Positions 30,227 to 41,644 of a stretch of DNA of 64,000 nucleotides are shown in pieces (positions within the stretch are counted from its first letter, which is position 1; every line of letters begins with the position of its first letter). This stretch comes from Bacteriovoracia bacterium (GTDB lineage Bacteria; Bdellovibrionota; UBA1018; CAIPTA01): positions 768,001 through 832,000 of the forward strand of contig JBFWVL010000001.1 of the NCBI GenBank assembly GCA_050246755.1, written 5' to 3'. A program made the translations under genes and the position numbers. Below the pieces are notes generated by a model. That model was not told the DNA's origin and searched no databases. It was given only the letters and a program-made list of their open reading frames with translations.

Positions 30227-31183
30227 TCAGTAGAGCTGAATCATGTCGCCTTCGAGGAAGTTGCCGCCCGAATGCACGCGCGAGATTGCGCCATCTTCAC
30301 CAAAAAATTCCGTGACCTCGAGCGTGCCCTTGAGGTCACCGCCGGTACGCCCAAGAAAGAGCCCGGAATCGGGATCGAAAATATCCTGGCCGGTGCTGGA
30401 AACTTTCAGGATGTCGCCCACCTGAATGCCCGTGGCGCGGCCGGCATTGATGTAGAGCTTGGCGCCGTTGATCTTGGCGATTTTTCCGCGCCACTGGATG
30501 CGCTCGATTTCCTTATTCAGCGCGGGCAATGCCTTGCGAACTGCATCCCCGATCGCCTGGGCCACGATCTCGTTACGATAGGCTTCGGTATCGTCATTGC
30601 TCTCGCCGAATAGATTCAGGCTCGAGCTTTCGCTGAGGCCAGCGCCTTGCCCTAAGGCGATCTCTTTTGCCTGAGCCACGTCCACTAATCGCAATTCAAT
30701 AGAGGCGGCGGCTTTCGCGGCGCTGGGGCGAAGTAAGCCCACGTCGTCGTCTTTGCGGCGAAACGCGATTTTCGAAATACGCCCAAGGATTACGAGCGAA
30801 ACGCCCCACTTCTTTCCGTTGTCAGAAACGTGGGCTACGTTGATTTTATCGGCGTCTAGGTAGAAATCCTGGCTGCGCAGACTCACATCGCGATCATCCA
30901 CGATGTTCAGGCGATTTTGCTCGAGCAGCAAATCCCGGAGTGCATTGCGGGCTTGCACTTCGAACTTTCCCTTGATCGGAGTATCGTTCCAAAAAGGCAA
31001 GAGCACGGCGCGCTTGCGGAGAGGAGCAAATTTTTGCACGGCTTCAATGGTTTTTTCGCGCTCGCGATCGCCCTGAATCCGATCGGCCATATTAGCTTCT
31101 TTACGGTAGGCGGGAGACCGGGTGCAGCCGGCAGCGCAAACCAGAACCAGCGCGGCGAAACAAAGAGCACTACGGAACGCCAT
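30227..31183 (-). CDS. CsgG/FlgT-like lipoprotein
   Basis: Lipobox AAGC; VLLPFWN, IELRLVDV, W.GKIAKI...LYINAG..TGIQVGD, DPDSGL.LG. Start moved to 31183. Confidence 0.7.
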   Translation of the reverse strand: MAFRSALCFAALVLVCAAGCTRSPAYRKEANMADRIQGDREREKTIEAVQKFAPLRKRAVLLPFWNDTPIKGKFEVQARNALRDLLLEQNRLNIVDDRDVSLRSQDFYLDADKINVAHVSDNGKKWGVSLVILGRISKIAFRRKDDDVGLLRPSAAKAAASIELRLVDVAQAKEIALGQGAGLSESSSLNLFGESNDDTEAYRNEIVAQAIGDAVRKALPALNKEIERIQWRGKIAKINGAKLYINAGRATGIQVGDILKVSSTGQDIFDPDSGLFLGRTGGDLKGTLEVTEFFGEDGAISRVHSGGNFLEGDMIQLY

Positions 31184-32390
31184 TTTTTTCTCCTTCGGGC
31201 ACGGCCTGCCCCTCCGGCACCGGCGGCGCCTTCGGTGTAAGCCGTACGAACAAAGTGGGCAAAACTTCATCTTCTTCGGAGGGAGTTGCATTTGCTTCGG
31301 CGGCGGGCACCAGCGTGATCGCAAAATCTTCGAAGGTTTGGGCCTGCAGGCCTTTGCTCAGCTCAGTCTCCGAAAGGGCCGGCTTCACCGCGAGATCGAA
31401 ACGTCCACGAGTGGCGCCTAACTCCAGCACCGACTTTACGCCCTTAACTCCTTCGAGCGCTGTGCGAAACCGGCTCACCAGCCAGCCGCTGATAGGAAAC
31501 TGCACGCGCACGACCGAACGCTCTTCTTTGCCGCCATCTTTGGCCAGGCGCTTACCCGCCATCACGATCAGCTCTTGAAAAAGATCCTTGCTTTCTTCGG
31601 CCAGCACTTTCTGTAATTCGATGGCGTACTGATCGCGCTTCGTCTTTGGATTCGAAATATGAGCGGAAGAACGTGCAAGCGCGATACCGCTTTTCACGTC
31701 TACCAGAACGGCCGTAATTGCGAGGCGCTCGTCTTTACTATGAGAATTTTCATTCTCAAAAGTTTCGTAGCGAGAAGAAATTCCCATCGCCAGGCGGGCT
31801 TCCGCTTTCGCGCCGAGCCCGCGCAGTAACTCCGCGCTGGCCACGTCGTCGCCCGCGCCGCTGTCCACCAGGTCTTCCTGGCTGAGCATCACCGGGGTGA
31901 ACTGGCGGCGAGACAATCTTTCCTTGGCCCCCAACTCAAGGGCCGCGTAGGGATTCAACGTAACGGCCGGCGTGGTAAGTGAATCAGGAATGCGGGCCCC
32001 CTTCACAATCAGAAGAACTTTTGCGCCGGTTTGCTCGCCCAGCTTATCGGCGCGCAGGCTAAAAAGCGCGCGCAGCACATCTAGGTCTACGTTCGCGGAA
32101 ATACTCATGGCACCGCTTTTGCCGCCCTCGAGCACTTTATAGCTCTGCACGAAACTCGAAGCGTTCGGCAAAATTTCGTTCTGCAAAATATTGCGGGTTA
32201 GCGCGGACGGTTCGTCTTTGAAATATTTTGCTACGGTGATGCGCAGAAGGGAAAGTGTGGCCTCGGCGGCATCGCGCCCCGAGCCCACCGCCACCACCTC
32301 GCCCGATTCGGCACGAAGAACGAGCGGAAAAATCGCTAAAAAAAGTGCGATTGACGCTAACAGGTAGTGCTTACGCGAAGCCGAGAACAT
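31170..32390 (-). CDS. Secreted hypothetical protein (FlgT N-terminal-like)
   Basis: Signal peptide; FVQSYKVL...ISANVD. Overlaps both neighbours, so likely co-transcribed with dnaE. Confidence 0.65.
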   Translation of the reverse strand: MFSASRKHYLLASIALFLAIFPLVLRAESGEVVAVGSGRDAAEATLSLLRITVAKYFKDEPSALTRNILQNEILPNASSFVQSYKVLEGGKSGAMSISANVDLDVLRALFSLRADKLGEQTGAKVLLIVKGARIPDSLTTPAVTLNPYAALELGAKERLSRRQFTPVMLSQEDLVDSGAGDDVASAELLRGLGAKAEARLAMGISSRYETFENENSHSKDERLAITAVLVDVKSGIALARSSAHISNPKTKRDQYAIELQKVLAEESKDLFQELIVMAGKRLAKDGGKEERSVVRVQFPISGWLVSRFRTALEGVKGVKSVLELGATRGRFDLAVKPALSETELSKGLQAQTFEDFAITLVPAAEANATPSEEDEVLPTLFVRLTPKAPPVPEGQAVPEGEKNGVP

Positions 32391-35300
32391 CGCGACCGAA
32401 GATCTCTTTGACCTCTTGGATAAAACCATAATCTGCTGAAAATGTTAAATCATCCGGGAATTGAAAGCGAGCGCGAACCCCATCCGGCGCCACGTATTCA
32501 ATCACTCCTTTGCAGCCCCCCTTACTCTTCAGGCAAAGCTTCTTGAGATCCTCTAGTTGGCCGCGAGAAGTATTGTAGGGGTCCAAGCGGAAAATCACGG
32601 TTTTTAGGTTTCGGATCTTCTCCTGAGAAGCCACCTCGAGCGATTCGATCTGAGAGGCCAGTACCTTAGCGCCTTGTTCGTTACCTTCTACCTGTCCGCG
32701 TACTACCACTACGTTCCCGACGCGAATGGCGTCCTTGAATTTCTCGTAGCTCTTAGGAAAGCAAACCACTTCGATTTTTCCGGCGTAGTCCTCTAGGGTG
32801 AGGAAGGCCATGCGGTCACCTTTTTTCGTGGTGATCTCCTTGGCAGCGGTGATGATCCCGCCGAGCTGAGGCTCGTTCGCCTGTGCGGCCTTACGCGCCT
32901 TCCAGTCCATATTCTCTTCGCGCTTAGGCAGCTTCCCCTCTTTCGCCATTTCAAAAATTTTACCGATACTAGTGGAGGTTACCTGGCGTAGGAGCGAACG
33001 GTACGGATCCAAAGGATGGCCGCTCACGTAGAAACCAAGAAGCTCACGCTCTGCTTCGAGCCTCTCCATGTGGGGCCAGTCGGCGTGAAAAGTAAGTTCC
33101 GGCTCGGCCGAGCGAAGCTCGGGGCCAGATCCCGCTTTATTAAATACGGTATCGAATAAACCGCCCTGCCCTAATGCCGAGATTTCTTGCTCTTTGGCCG
33201 CCCATGAAACCACGCTCTCCATCGATTTCGCGAGAGTCTGGCGATTCACTTTTTTATCGTTCAGGTAGAGAGAATCGAAAGCCCCGGCCCGAATCAGCGC
33301 CTCGAGAGTTTTTTTGTTCACTTTTTTCTGCGCCATGCGCTTACAGAAATCCGGGAAAGAATGGAAAGGGCCATTCGCTTTTCGCTCTTCCACGATCACG
33401 TTCACGGCCGCGGCACCGCAGCCCTTGATAGCCTCCAGGCCGAAACGAATCGTTTCCGCGCCCGTGGAATCCACCACCACGTTGAACAGGCCTTCGGATT
33501 CGTTTACGTCGGGGCCGAGCACGCTGATGCCGTGATCCTTAGCGTCACCGATATACTTCGAAAGTTTGTCCGTATCGCTCAATTCCGTGGTGAGGAGCGC
33601 GGCGTAGAATTGCGGAGCATAGTGCGCCTTGAGATAAGCCGTCTGGAAGGAAATAAGGGCATACACCATCGCGTGGGATTTGTTGAAGCCGTAGCCCGCG
33701 AATTTTTCGATCAGATCGAAGATCTCAGTGGCCTTCAGGGGATCGATGCCATTCTTCGCGGAGCGCTCCACGAATCCAGCTTTCATCTTGGCCATTTCTT
33801 CCGGTTTCTTTTTTCCCATCGCGCGGCGAAGCAAATCGGCTTCCCCGAGAGAATAACCAGCCAGCTCGCGCGCCGCGCGCATCACCTGCTCCTGGTAGAT
33901 GAATACGCCGAGCGATTCTTTCAGAACTACTTCTAGCTGCGGTACCGGGTACTCGATCTCGATCCGCCCGTGCTTTCGCTCGATGAAGTCGTCCACCATT
34001 CCGCTCTCGAGCGGGCCGGGACGATAGAGCGCGTTGATCCAGGTTAATTCCTCGAGATGGGCCGGCTTAATTTTTTTGCAGAGCTCGGCCATACCAGAGC
34101 TCTCCACCTGGAATACACCGTTATTATCGCCCTTCGAAATCAACGCGTAGGCGGGCGCATCTTCCACCCCGATATCTTCGATGCGGAAGTTGGCCGGCCT
34201 GCCCTCACGCAGGTTTTTAATATTTATCAGATCCACGGCACGCTGGATGTGAGTGAGCGTTTTGAGCCCGAGAAAGTCGAACTTCACGAGGCCCACTTTT
34301 TCGGAGGCGTCCTTATCGTACTGCACCACCACGGCGCCCTCTTCGTCCGTCATGAGAGGCGCGTAGTTGATGAGCGGTAAATCGGTGATGATCACGCCCC
34401 CGGCGTGCTTTCCGTAAGAACGGGTGAGGCCCTCGAGCTTTAGGGCGTGCACGAAGAGCTGGTCCACCGCCGGATTCGCTTCGCGAAGCTCGTCGAACTT
34501 AGGCTCCATCTCGAGCGCTTCATTAAGGGTAATTCCCAGTCTCTCGGGCACCAGCTTGGCGATGGCGTCCACTTCGCCGTAAGGCATTCCGAGCACGCGG
34601 CCTACGTCGCGAATGCAGGCCTTCGTTTGCATGCGGCCGAAAGTGATAATCTGCGATACCTGCTCCTTGCCGTACTTTTGGCGCACGTACTCGATCACTT
34701 CTCCGCGGCGGTCCATGCAAAAGTCCACGTCGAAGTCGGGCATGGAGATACGTTCGGGATTGATGAAGCGCTCGAAGAGCAAATTGTAGGGAAGCGGATC
34801 AATGTCGATAATGTCGAGCGCCCAAGCCACGCTGGAGCCCGCCCCGGATCCCCGGCCCGGCCCCACCGGAATATTTTGGGCTTTAGCCCAGCGGATAAAG
34901 TCCGACACGATCAGAAAGTAACCGGAGAATCCGGTTTTCTGAATCATGCCGATCTCGTCTTCCAGGCGCTTATGGTAAGCCTTTTCCAGTTCCGGCCAAT
35001 CGGATCGCTTCAGGGTGCTTTGGAAGGCCGGGGCCCGAAAGCGCTTTTCTAGTCCGCGGCGCGATTCTACCGCCAGAAATTCTTCCGGAGTTTTCGCGCT
35101 CTCGCCCTCGGGAATTGTAAAGTTCGGCAAATAATAAATCGGCCGGCCCTTATCGTCGGTGAACTTGAATTTTACGTCGCAGCGATCGGCTATCTCGAGC
35201 GTGTTCGCAAGGGCTTCCGGGCAATAGGCGAATTGCTCCACCATCGTGGCTTCGTCTTTGAGCCAAAATTCCGTGCAGAGCGAGCGCTTCTGCTGGTCCG

Positions 35301-35982
35301 AGAGCGTGCGGCCGAGCTGGGTGAGGATGAATACCTCGTGCGACATCGCGTCTTCTTTTTCGAGGTAGTGCACGTCGGAGGTGGCCACGGGCTTCACGCC
35401 GGTCTTTTTGCAGCGCTCGAGCAGCCATTCGTTGATACGGGTTTGCTCGGCGAGGTTATTCTCCTGAAGCTCGGCGTAGAAGCGGTCACCGAAAGTTTTT
35501 CTCAGCCATTCGAATTCGGCTTCGGCGAGGTCGTCGCGGCCGTTCAGCAGATGAAATCCAATTTCACCCTTAAGGCCACCCGAAAGCGCGATTAGGCCCT
35601 CGCTCTTGGCTTCGATCCAGGCCTTCTTCAGTAGCGGCCGTTGTTCTCTGCCCTCGAGGTAAGACTGCGAAACGAGGTAAACGAGATTCTGGAATCCCTC
35701 TTTATTCATCGCGAGCAGCACTAGCCGCGAATAGGGGAACTTCATTTGCTCGGGAGCGCCTTCGAACTTTACGTATACGTCACAGCCGTAGATCGGCTTC
35801 ACGCCAGCTTTTTTGGCTTCGTCCATGAAGTCGATCACGGCGCAGAGATTTCCATGATCCGTCATCGCCACGGCGGGCAGGCCGAATTCTTTCGCTTTCT
35901 TGAAGAGATCTTCAATATGCACCGTACTCGCCAAGGCGGAATACGAAGTATGAACGTGCAAATGAGCAAACTTAGCCGACAT
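32371..35982 (-). CDS. dnaE: DNA polymerase III subunit alpha
   Basis: PHP HLHVHT/TDHGN, GPGRGSGAGS, FERFINPER.SMPDFDVDF, KFDFLGL, YGFNKSH, OB fold. Confidence 0.97.
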   Translation of the reverse strand: MSAKFAHLHVHTSYSALASTVHIEDLFKKAKEFGLPAVAMTDHGNLCAVIDFMDEAKKAGVKPIYGCDVYVKFEGAPEQMKFPYSRLVLLAMNKEGFQNLVYLVSQSYLEGREQRPLLKKAWIEAKSEGLIALSGGLKGEIGFHLLNGRDDLAEAEFEWLRKTFGDRFYAELQENNLAEQTRINEWLLERCKKTGVKPVATSDVHYLEKEDAMSHEVFILTQLGRTLSDQQKRSLCTEFWLKDEATMVEQFAYCPEALANTLEIADRCDVKFKFTDDKGRPIYYLPNFTIPEGESAKTPEEFLAVESRRGLEKRFRAPAFQSTLKRSDWPELEKAYHKRLEDEIGMIQKTGFSGYFLIVSDFIRWAKAQNIPVGPGRGSGAGSSVAWALDIIDIDPLPYNLLFERFINPERISMPDFDVDFCMDRRGEVIEYVRQKYGKEQVSQIITFGRMQTKACIRDVGRVLGMPYGEVDAIAKLVPERLGITLNEALEMEPKFDELREANPAVDQLFVHALKLEGLTRSYGKHAGGVIITDLPLINYAPLMTDEEGAVVVQYDKDASEKVGLVKFDFLGLKTLTHIQRAVDLINIKNLREGRPANFRIEDIGVEDAPAYALISKGDNNGVFQVESSGMAELCKKIKPAHLEELTWINALYRPGPLESGMVDDFIERKHGRIEIEYPVPQLEVVLKESLGVFIYQEQVMRAARELAGYSLGEADLLRRAMGKKKPEEMAKMKAGFVERSAKNGIDPLKATEIFDLIEKFAGYGFNKSHAMVYALISFQTAYLKAHYAPQFYAALLTTELSDTDKLSKYIGDAKDHGISVLGPDVNESEGLFNVVVDSTGAETIRFGLEAIKGCGAAAVNVIVEERKANGPFHSFPDFCKRMAQKKVNKKTLEALIRAGAFDSLYLNDKKVNRQTLAKSMESVVSWAAKEQEISALGQGGLFDTVFNKAGSGPELRSAEPELTFHADWPHMERLEAERELLGFYVSGHPLDPYRSLLRQVTSTSIGKIFEMAKEGKLPKREENMDWKARKAAQANEPQLGGIITAAKEITTKKGDRMAFLTLEDYAGKIEVVCFPKSYEKFKDAIRVGNVVVVRGQVEGNEQGAKVLASQIESLEVASQEKIRNLKTVIFRLDPYNTSRGQLEDLKKLCLKSKGGCKGVIEYVAPDGVRARFQFPDDLTFSADYGFIQEVKEIFGRDVLGFA

Positions 35983-35990
35983 GTTTCAAC

Positions 35991-37553
35991 TCACTCCCAC
36001 TCGATGGTGGCCGGAGGTTTCGTCGAAATATCATACACTACCCGGTTCACGCCCCTCACCTCGTTCACGATGCGGTTCGAAACATGCCCGAGAAAATCCA
36101 TCGGGAAGCGAAACCAATCGGCGGTCATGCCGTCTTGGCTGGTGACGGCGCGAAGTGCGATGGGGAAATCATAGGTGCGCCCGTCTCCCATCACGCCCAC
36201 GGTTCCTACCGGGATGAGGATGGCACCGGCCTGCCAAATTTTATCGTAGAGGCCATGCGCACGGATTTCCTCGATGTAAATTTTATCGGCGGCCCGGAGC
36301 ACGCGTAGTTTCTCTTCCGTTACCTCCCCGAGGCAACGCACGGCCAAGCCAGGCCCTGGGAACGGGTGGCGGCCAAGCAGCTTTTCCGCAATCCCAAGCT
36401 CACGCCCGAGCTTACGCACTTCATCTTTGAAAAGCTCACGCAGAGGCTCGATTAGTTTCAATTTCATGTTTTCGGGCAAACCGCCCACGTTGTGATGGCT
36501 CTTGATGGTGGAACTGAAGCCGCCACGGCCCGGCGGGGGCATGGATTCTATCACGTCGGGATAGAGCGTGCCCTGCACCAGCCAGTCCATTCCCACTTGC
36601 TTGAATTCGGAAGCGAGGCGTTTTTCTTCCCGCTGAAAAACTTCGATGAAAGCTTTACCGATGATTTTTCTTTTCTTCTCGGGATCATTTTCGCCCGCGA
36701 GGCCGCCCAAAAATTCCTTGCGTGCGTCTACCATGGTCACACGCAGGCCCGAATCTCGGAAATTTTCCATTACCTCTTCCGCTTCGCCTTCCCGCTGAAG
36801 GCCGGAGTCAATATAGAGGCAGTGCAATCTCCCGGGAATCGCCCGCTCCACGAGAGTGGCGGCCACGGTAGAATCTACGCCACCCGAAAGCGCGCAGATA
36901 GCGTGCGCCGAGGGACCCACTAGTTCCGCAATCTCATTTTTTTTGCTTTCGGCAAAATCACCCAAGTTCCACTCACGCTTTACGGCGCAAATTTCCACGA
37001 AGTTCTTAAATAGCTCTTGCCCGTGCTGGGTATGCGTCACTTCGGGGTGAAATTGAACCGCGTAGAAATTGCGCTCGGCATTTTCCATCGCCGCTAAAGA
37101 ATTGGAGTGGCTGCGCGCGGTTTCTACGAATCCTTTTGGCAGCTCGCGCACCTCATCCCCGTGGCTCATCCACGTAATAAATTCCCCGCTCGGGATATTG
37201 GTAAAAAGCGGAGATTTAGGCCGACTGATGCGCACGGGCATAAAACCGTATTCACGGGTTTGCGCAGGTTCCACTTTGCCTTGGCAAGCTTGACCAAGCC
37301 ACTGCATGCCGTAGCAGATTCCAAGCACGGGAACGCCAAGGTCCAAAATTGCCTTCTCGGCTTGCGGAGAACCAGGATCAAAAACGGAATGCGGGCCACC
37401 GGAAAGAATCAGGCCTTTCGGCGCGCGTGCCCTAATCTCGCCGATCGGGGTATTGGCGGGATAAATTTCGGTATAGACGCCGAGCTCTCGGATTCGCCTC
37501 GCGATGAGCTGTGTAAATTGACTTCCGAAATCAAGAATCAGGATATTTTGCAC
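35991..37553 (-). CDS. guaA: GMP synthase (glutamine-hydrolysing)
   Basis: LDFGSQFTQLIARR, GICYGMQ, QFHPEV, LSGGVDS, IKSHHNVGG, KPPATIEWE. Confidence 0.97.
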   Translation of the reverse strand: MQNILILDFGSQFTQLIARRIRELGVYTEIYPANTPIGEIRARAPKGLILSGGPHSVFDPGSPQAEKAILDLGVPVLGICYGMQWLGQACQGKVEPAQTREYGFMPVRISRPKSPLFTNIPSGEFITWMSHGDEVRELPKGFVETARSHSNSLAAMENAERNFYAVQFHPEVTHTQHGQELFKNFVEICAVKREWNLGDFAESKKNEIAELVGPSAHAICALSGGVDSTVAATLVERAIPGRLHCLYIDSGLQREGEAEEVMENFRDSGLRVTMVDARKEFLGGLAGENDPEKKRKIIGKAFIEVFQREEKRLASEFKQVGMDWLVQGTLYPDVIESMPPPGRGGFSSTIKSHHNVGGLPENMKLKLIEPLRELFKDEVRKLGRELGIAEKLLGRHPFPGPGLAVRCLGEVTEEKLRVLRAADKIYIEEIRAHGLYDKIWQAGAILIPVGTVGVMGDGRTYDFPIALRAVTSQDGMTADWFRFPMDFLGHVSNRIVNEVRGVNRVVYDISTKPPATIEWE

Positions 37554-37587
37554 CCGGGATTCTTACCATAAAGAGAGGGTGAAAGGC

Positions 37588-38004
37588 TCATTTTGCGTCG
37601 GAAGAGCTAAGGCCAAAGTCGGAAGAATTTCCGGGATGCGTCAGATCTAAAGTAGATCCCTTTTGGTAGGGAACCCGGGCTTTAATATCATCGGAAGTTC
37701 CCCGTTTTCCGTCCGGACCAGCTGAAATCCAAAGGTATTCCTTATGACTCTCTCCGGCGAAGACCTCCATGTGAAATTCCTGGCCCCAGATATCGAGGAT
37801 TGGCTCCGTGCGCCCGATCGCTTGCCAAAAAGCGGCGCCCTGCGGCGGATCTTGGCCGTGAAATGTTTCCATCGTTAGGGTAGCTAAACGCTTTACGCTT
37901 TCGCGCGTGGCCACCAGCTGCTCCTCCGCCCGGAAGCGGCGTACCAGCAAGATCACTTGGACTAGAGTGGCCAGCACCACGAAAATTAACAGGAACTTCC
38001 GCAT
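37588..38004 (-). CDS. Membrane-anchored protein with a GspG/T2SSG-like C-terminal motif
   Basis: N-terminal TM; DIWGQEF...ISAGPDGKRGTSDDI matches the DPWG...SxGxDG..GT.DDI pattern. No prepilin GF(T/S)LxE site. Confidence 0.65.
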   Translation of the reverse strand: MRKFLLIFVVLATLVQVILLVRRFRAEEQLVATRESVKRLATLTMETFHGQDPPQGAAFWQAIGRTEPILDIWGQEFHMEVFAGESHKEYLWISAGPDGKRGTSDDIKARVPYQKGSTLDLTHPGNSSDFGLSSSDAK

Positions 38005-39959
38005 CAGACGAAAAGCTCAGGCTTCTCCACCAGCTTTTCCCAGATGAGATTGTGAAATTCGGAACGCTTCACCGAAAGCAGGCCCGTGCCTTCTTGCGCA
38101 AAGTACCGCGCGTTAAGCCCATTGGCATAGCCGAAACAATCGTCGGCCTGCAGCATGGTATCGGCGGCATCGTCCCCGGTGTCTACGCGCACTTTTCCCG
38201 AATATAATACGCGGAAGGATTCGTCGTTTTCCGGAATCTCTTCACCGGCCGTGATCGTATCGAAGCGAAATGTATCGATGAGCTGCGCTTGGTCCTTTGC
38301 GTTAAGCTTAGAAAATAGCGGATGCCGGCGGAAAAAACTGGTGAGGCGAATCATGGCCTTTACGCGATCCGGCGAACCAAGAGTTTCAGCGAAGTGATCG
38401 AACCCGGCTTTGCTCAGCGAGAGCACGATACAGCCGCCGTCGGAAATAATGGAAGCCGTGCGCGGAACATCGTCGATCAGCGCAATCTCACCGAAAGCAT
38501 CGCCTTCCTGCAAATCTGCCAGGTGATGGGTACGGCCCTGCACGTCGGTGAAGGTAGCGTTTGCCTGGCCTTTAACCAGCACGAAAAACTCATTGCCCAC
38601 TTCACCCTGCCGAACCAAATAACTATTGTGCCCGAAGAAAGCCGGGTTCATCTCATTGATCAGCGCGAGACGCTCCGAATCTTTTAGGTAACTGAAGAGC
38701 GGGATCTTCTCCAGCGCCGCCATTCTTTCTTCGAAACTGAGGCTCTCCTTCACTTCATTGTTCTTAAGCACCACGCGTTTGCGGCGCCCGCTGAACCGGT
38801 CGCGGGCGAAAGCCCCCACGAAAATCACCACCGGCAGGAATAGCATCGAAATCAAGCCGGCCGTCACGAAGCTCGCGCCGATGCGATCGAACACCGCAAT
38901 GGGAGTGAAAAGATCCGATACCACCTGCGACGCAATCACTTCCCAGAAAGAGCGGAGGCAATCGAGCCAAGCCAGCAGCCAAACGAATGTGGCGAGCAGG
39001 CCGTAGAGCATTTCCCGGCTCAGGCTTCCTTTCGCCTGAAAAATATGGCGGAGGCCAATGGCGATTCTCTCTTTCAGCTCATCGCGGAGAAAGAATACGT
39101 GGAGAATATCGGCCAAGTCGAAGGAGAAAAATGGGCAAGCCAGCAGCAGCGTGGCGAGCACGCAGCCCGAAAATCCCCAGAACGCGGCGGGAACGGAAAT
39201 GAGCCCGGTGATCGCCCCGAGCGTAAAAATCGCCGAGAAAGCCAGCGGCGAGAACAATCCCAGAAAATCCATCTGGAGACGCGCTCGGAATCCTTCGAGA
39301 TTTACCGCGCGGCGATCGAGCTCGAGGCCGATGAAAGGAAAATAGATGGAAAAATAAGGCCGCTGCGCTTCCTGCCCCAGACCGCGGACGAAGGCCCCCT
39401 GCGCGAGTGACCGGGCAATAAAACCGCCCGCCACTCCGACATAGCCGAGCCCCAGCCCCCGCCAGTAGGCCATGCCCTCAACCGAGAGCGCCGACTCTAC
39501 CGCCGCGAAGGGAAAAAAAACAAAACTGAGCGTGGCGAGCAAGAAAAAGAAAAGCAGGACTCCCGGGCCGCCGAGCTTTCCGAACGTTTTCTCGCTGATC
39601 CCGAGCAATACGGCCGCCAGCGCACCAAGGCTCGGTACTTCTAATTTGCTTTTTTCCACCACGATCTCGAGGGTGGTGGTATCGGAAGTAGGAGCCTGGC
39701 CCGTAATCGCGAAATGATCGATGATCTGCATCCGCTTCAGCTTCGCGAGCACGCGCATGCAAATCAAGATGTGGTGCTTCTTCGCGATTCCGATATTGGG
39801 AAGCAGAAGCGCGAGCAAGGTTTCGTCTTCATTTTGCTTTAAGAATTTTACGATCTCGAATTGCTCTTCCGAGAAAAGCTCTTGCTTTCCGTTATCCGGA
39901 TTGCAAATCACGATGGTTTCTTCGTCGTAACGACCAGCTTCAAAGGGCTTTAACTGCAT
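38004..39959 (-). CDS. Multi-TM protein with a degenerate M50-like region and two cNMP-binding domains
   Basis: Several TM helices; QGEVGNEFFVL..G...GDAFGEIALIDDVPRTASI; a second degenerate CNB domain. Confidence 0.8.
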   Translation of the reverse strand: MQLKPFEAGRYDEETIVICNPDNGKQELFSEEQFEIVKFLKQNEDETLLALLLPNIGIAKKHHILICMRVLAKLKRMQIIDHFAITGQAPTSDTTTLEIVVEKSKLEVPSLGALAAVLLGISEKTFGKLGGPGVLLFFFLLATLSFVFFPFAAVESALSVEGMAYWRGLGLGYVGVAGGFIARSLAQGAFVRGLGQEAQRPYFSIYFPFIGLELDRRAVNLEGFRARLQMDFLGLFSPLAFSAIFTLGAITGLISVPAAFWGFSGCVLATLLLACPFFSFDLADILHVFFLRDELKERIAIGLRHIFQAKGSLSREMLYGLLATFVWLLAWLDCLRSFWEVIASQVVSDLFTPIAVFDRIGASFVTAGLISMLFLPVVIFVGAFARDRFSGRRKRVVLKNNEVKESLSFEERMAALEKIPLFSYLKDSERLALINEMNPAFFGHNSYLVRQGEVGNEFFVLVKGQANATFTDVQGRTHHLADLQEGDAFGEIALIDDVPRTASIISDGGCIVLSLSKAGFDHFAETLGSPDRVKAMIRLTSFFRRHPLFSKLNAKDQAQLIDTFRFDTITAGEEIPENDESFRVLYSGKVRVDTGDDAADTMLQADDCFGYANGLNARYFAQEGTGLLSVKRSEFHNLIWEKLVEKPELFV

Positions 39960-40001
39960 GTTTCGCGCTTCCTTGCGTTCAACTTCTATTTTTAAATTCT
40001 A

Positions 40002-41492
<1,491 letters not shown>

Positions 41493-41644
41493 TTACGGTA
41501 GCACAGTACCCCGTCTCGCGGAAGCTGGCTTTACCAGTAAAATCAATGACTCCGCTACCTGACGGCGGTATTCACAAAGCCCCGCTGCAGAGCCCTACGA
41601 GTGGGAATTGCTTACGTTTTTTTTGGAAAATCCGAAAAGAGTGG

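Noticed and set aside
32371-35982. Intein in dnaE
   Set aside because: Length (1203 aa) is normal and the YGFNKSH region is uninterrupted.
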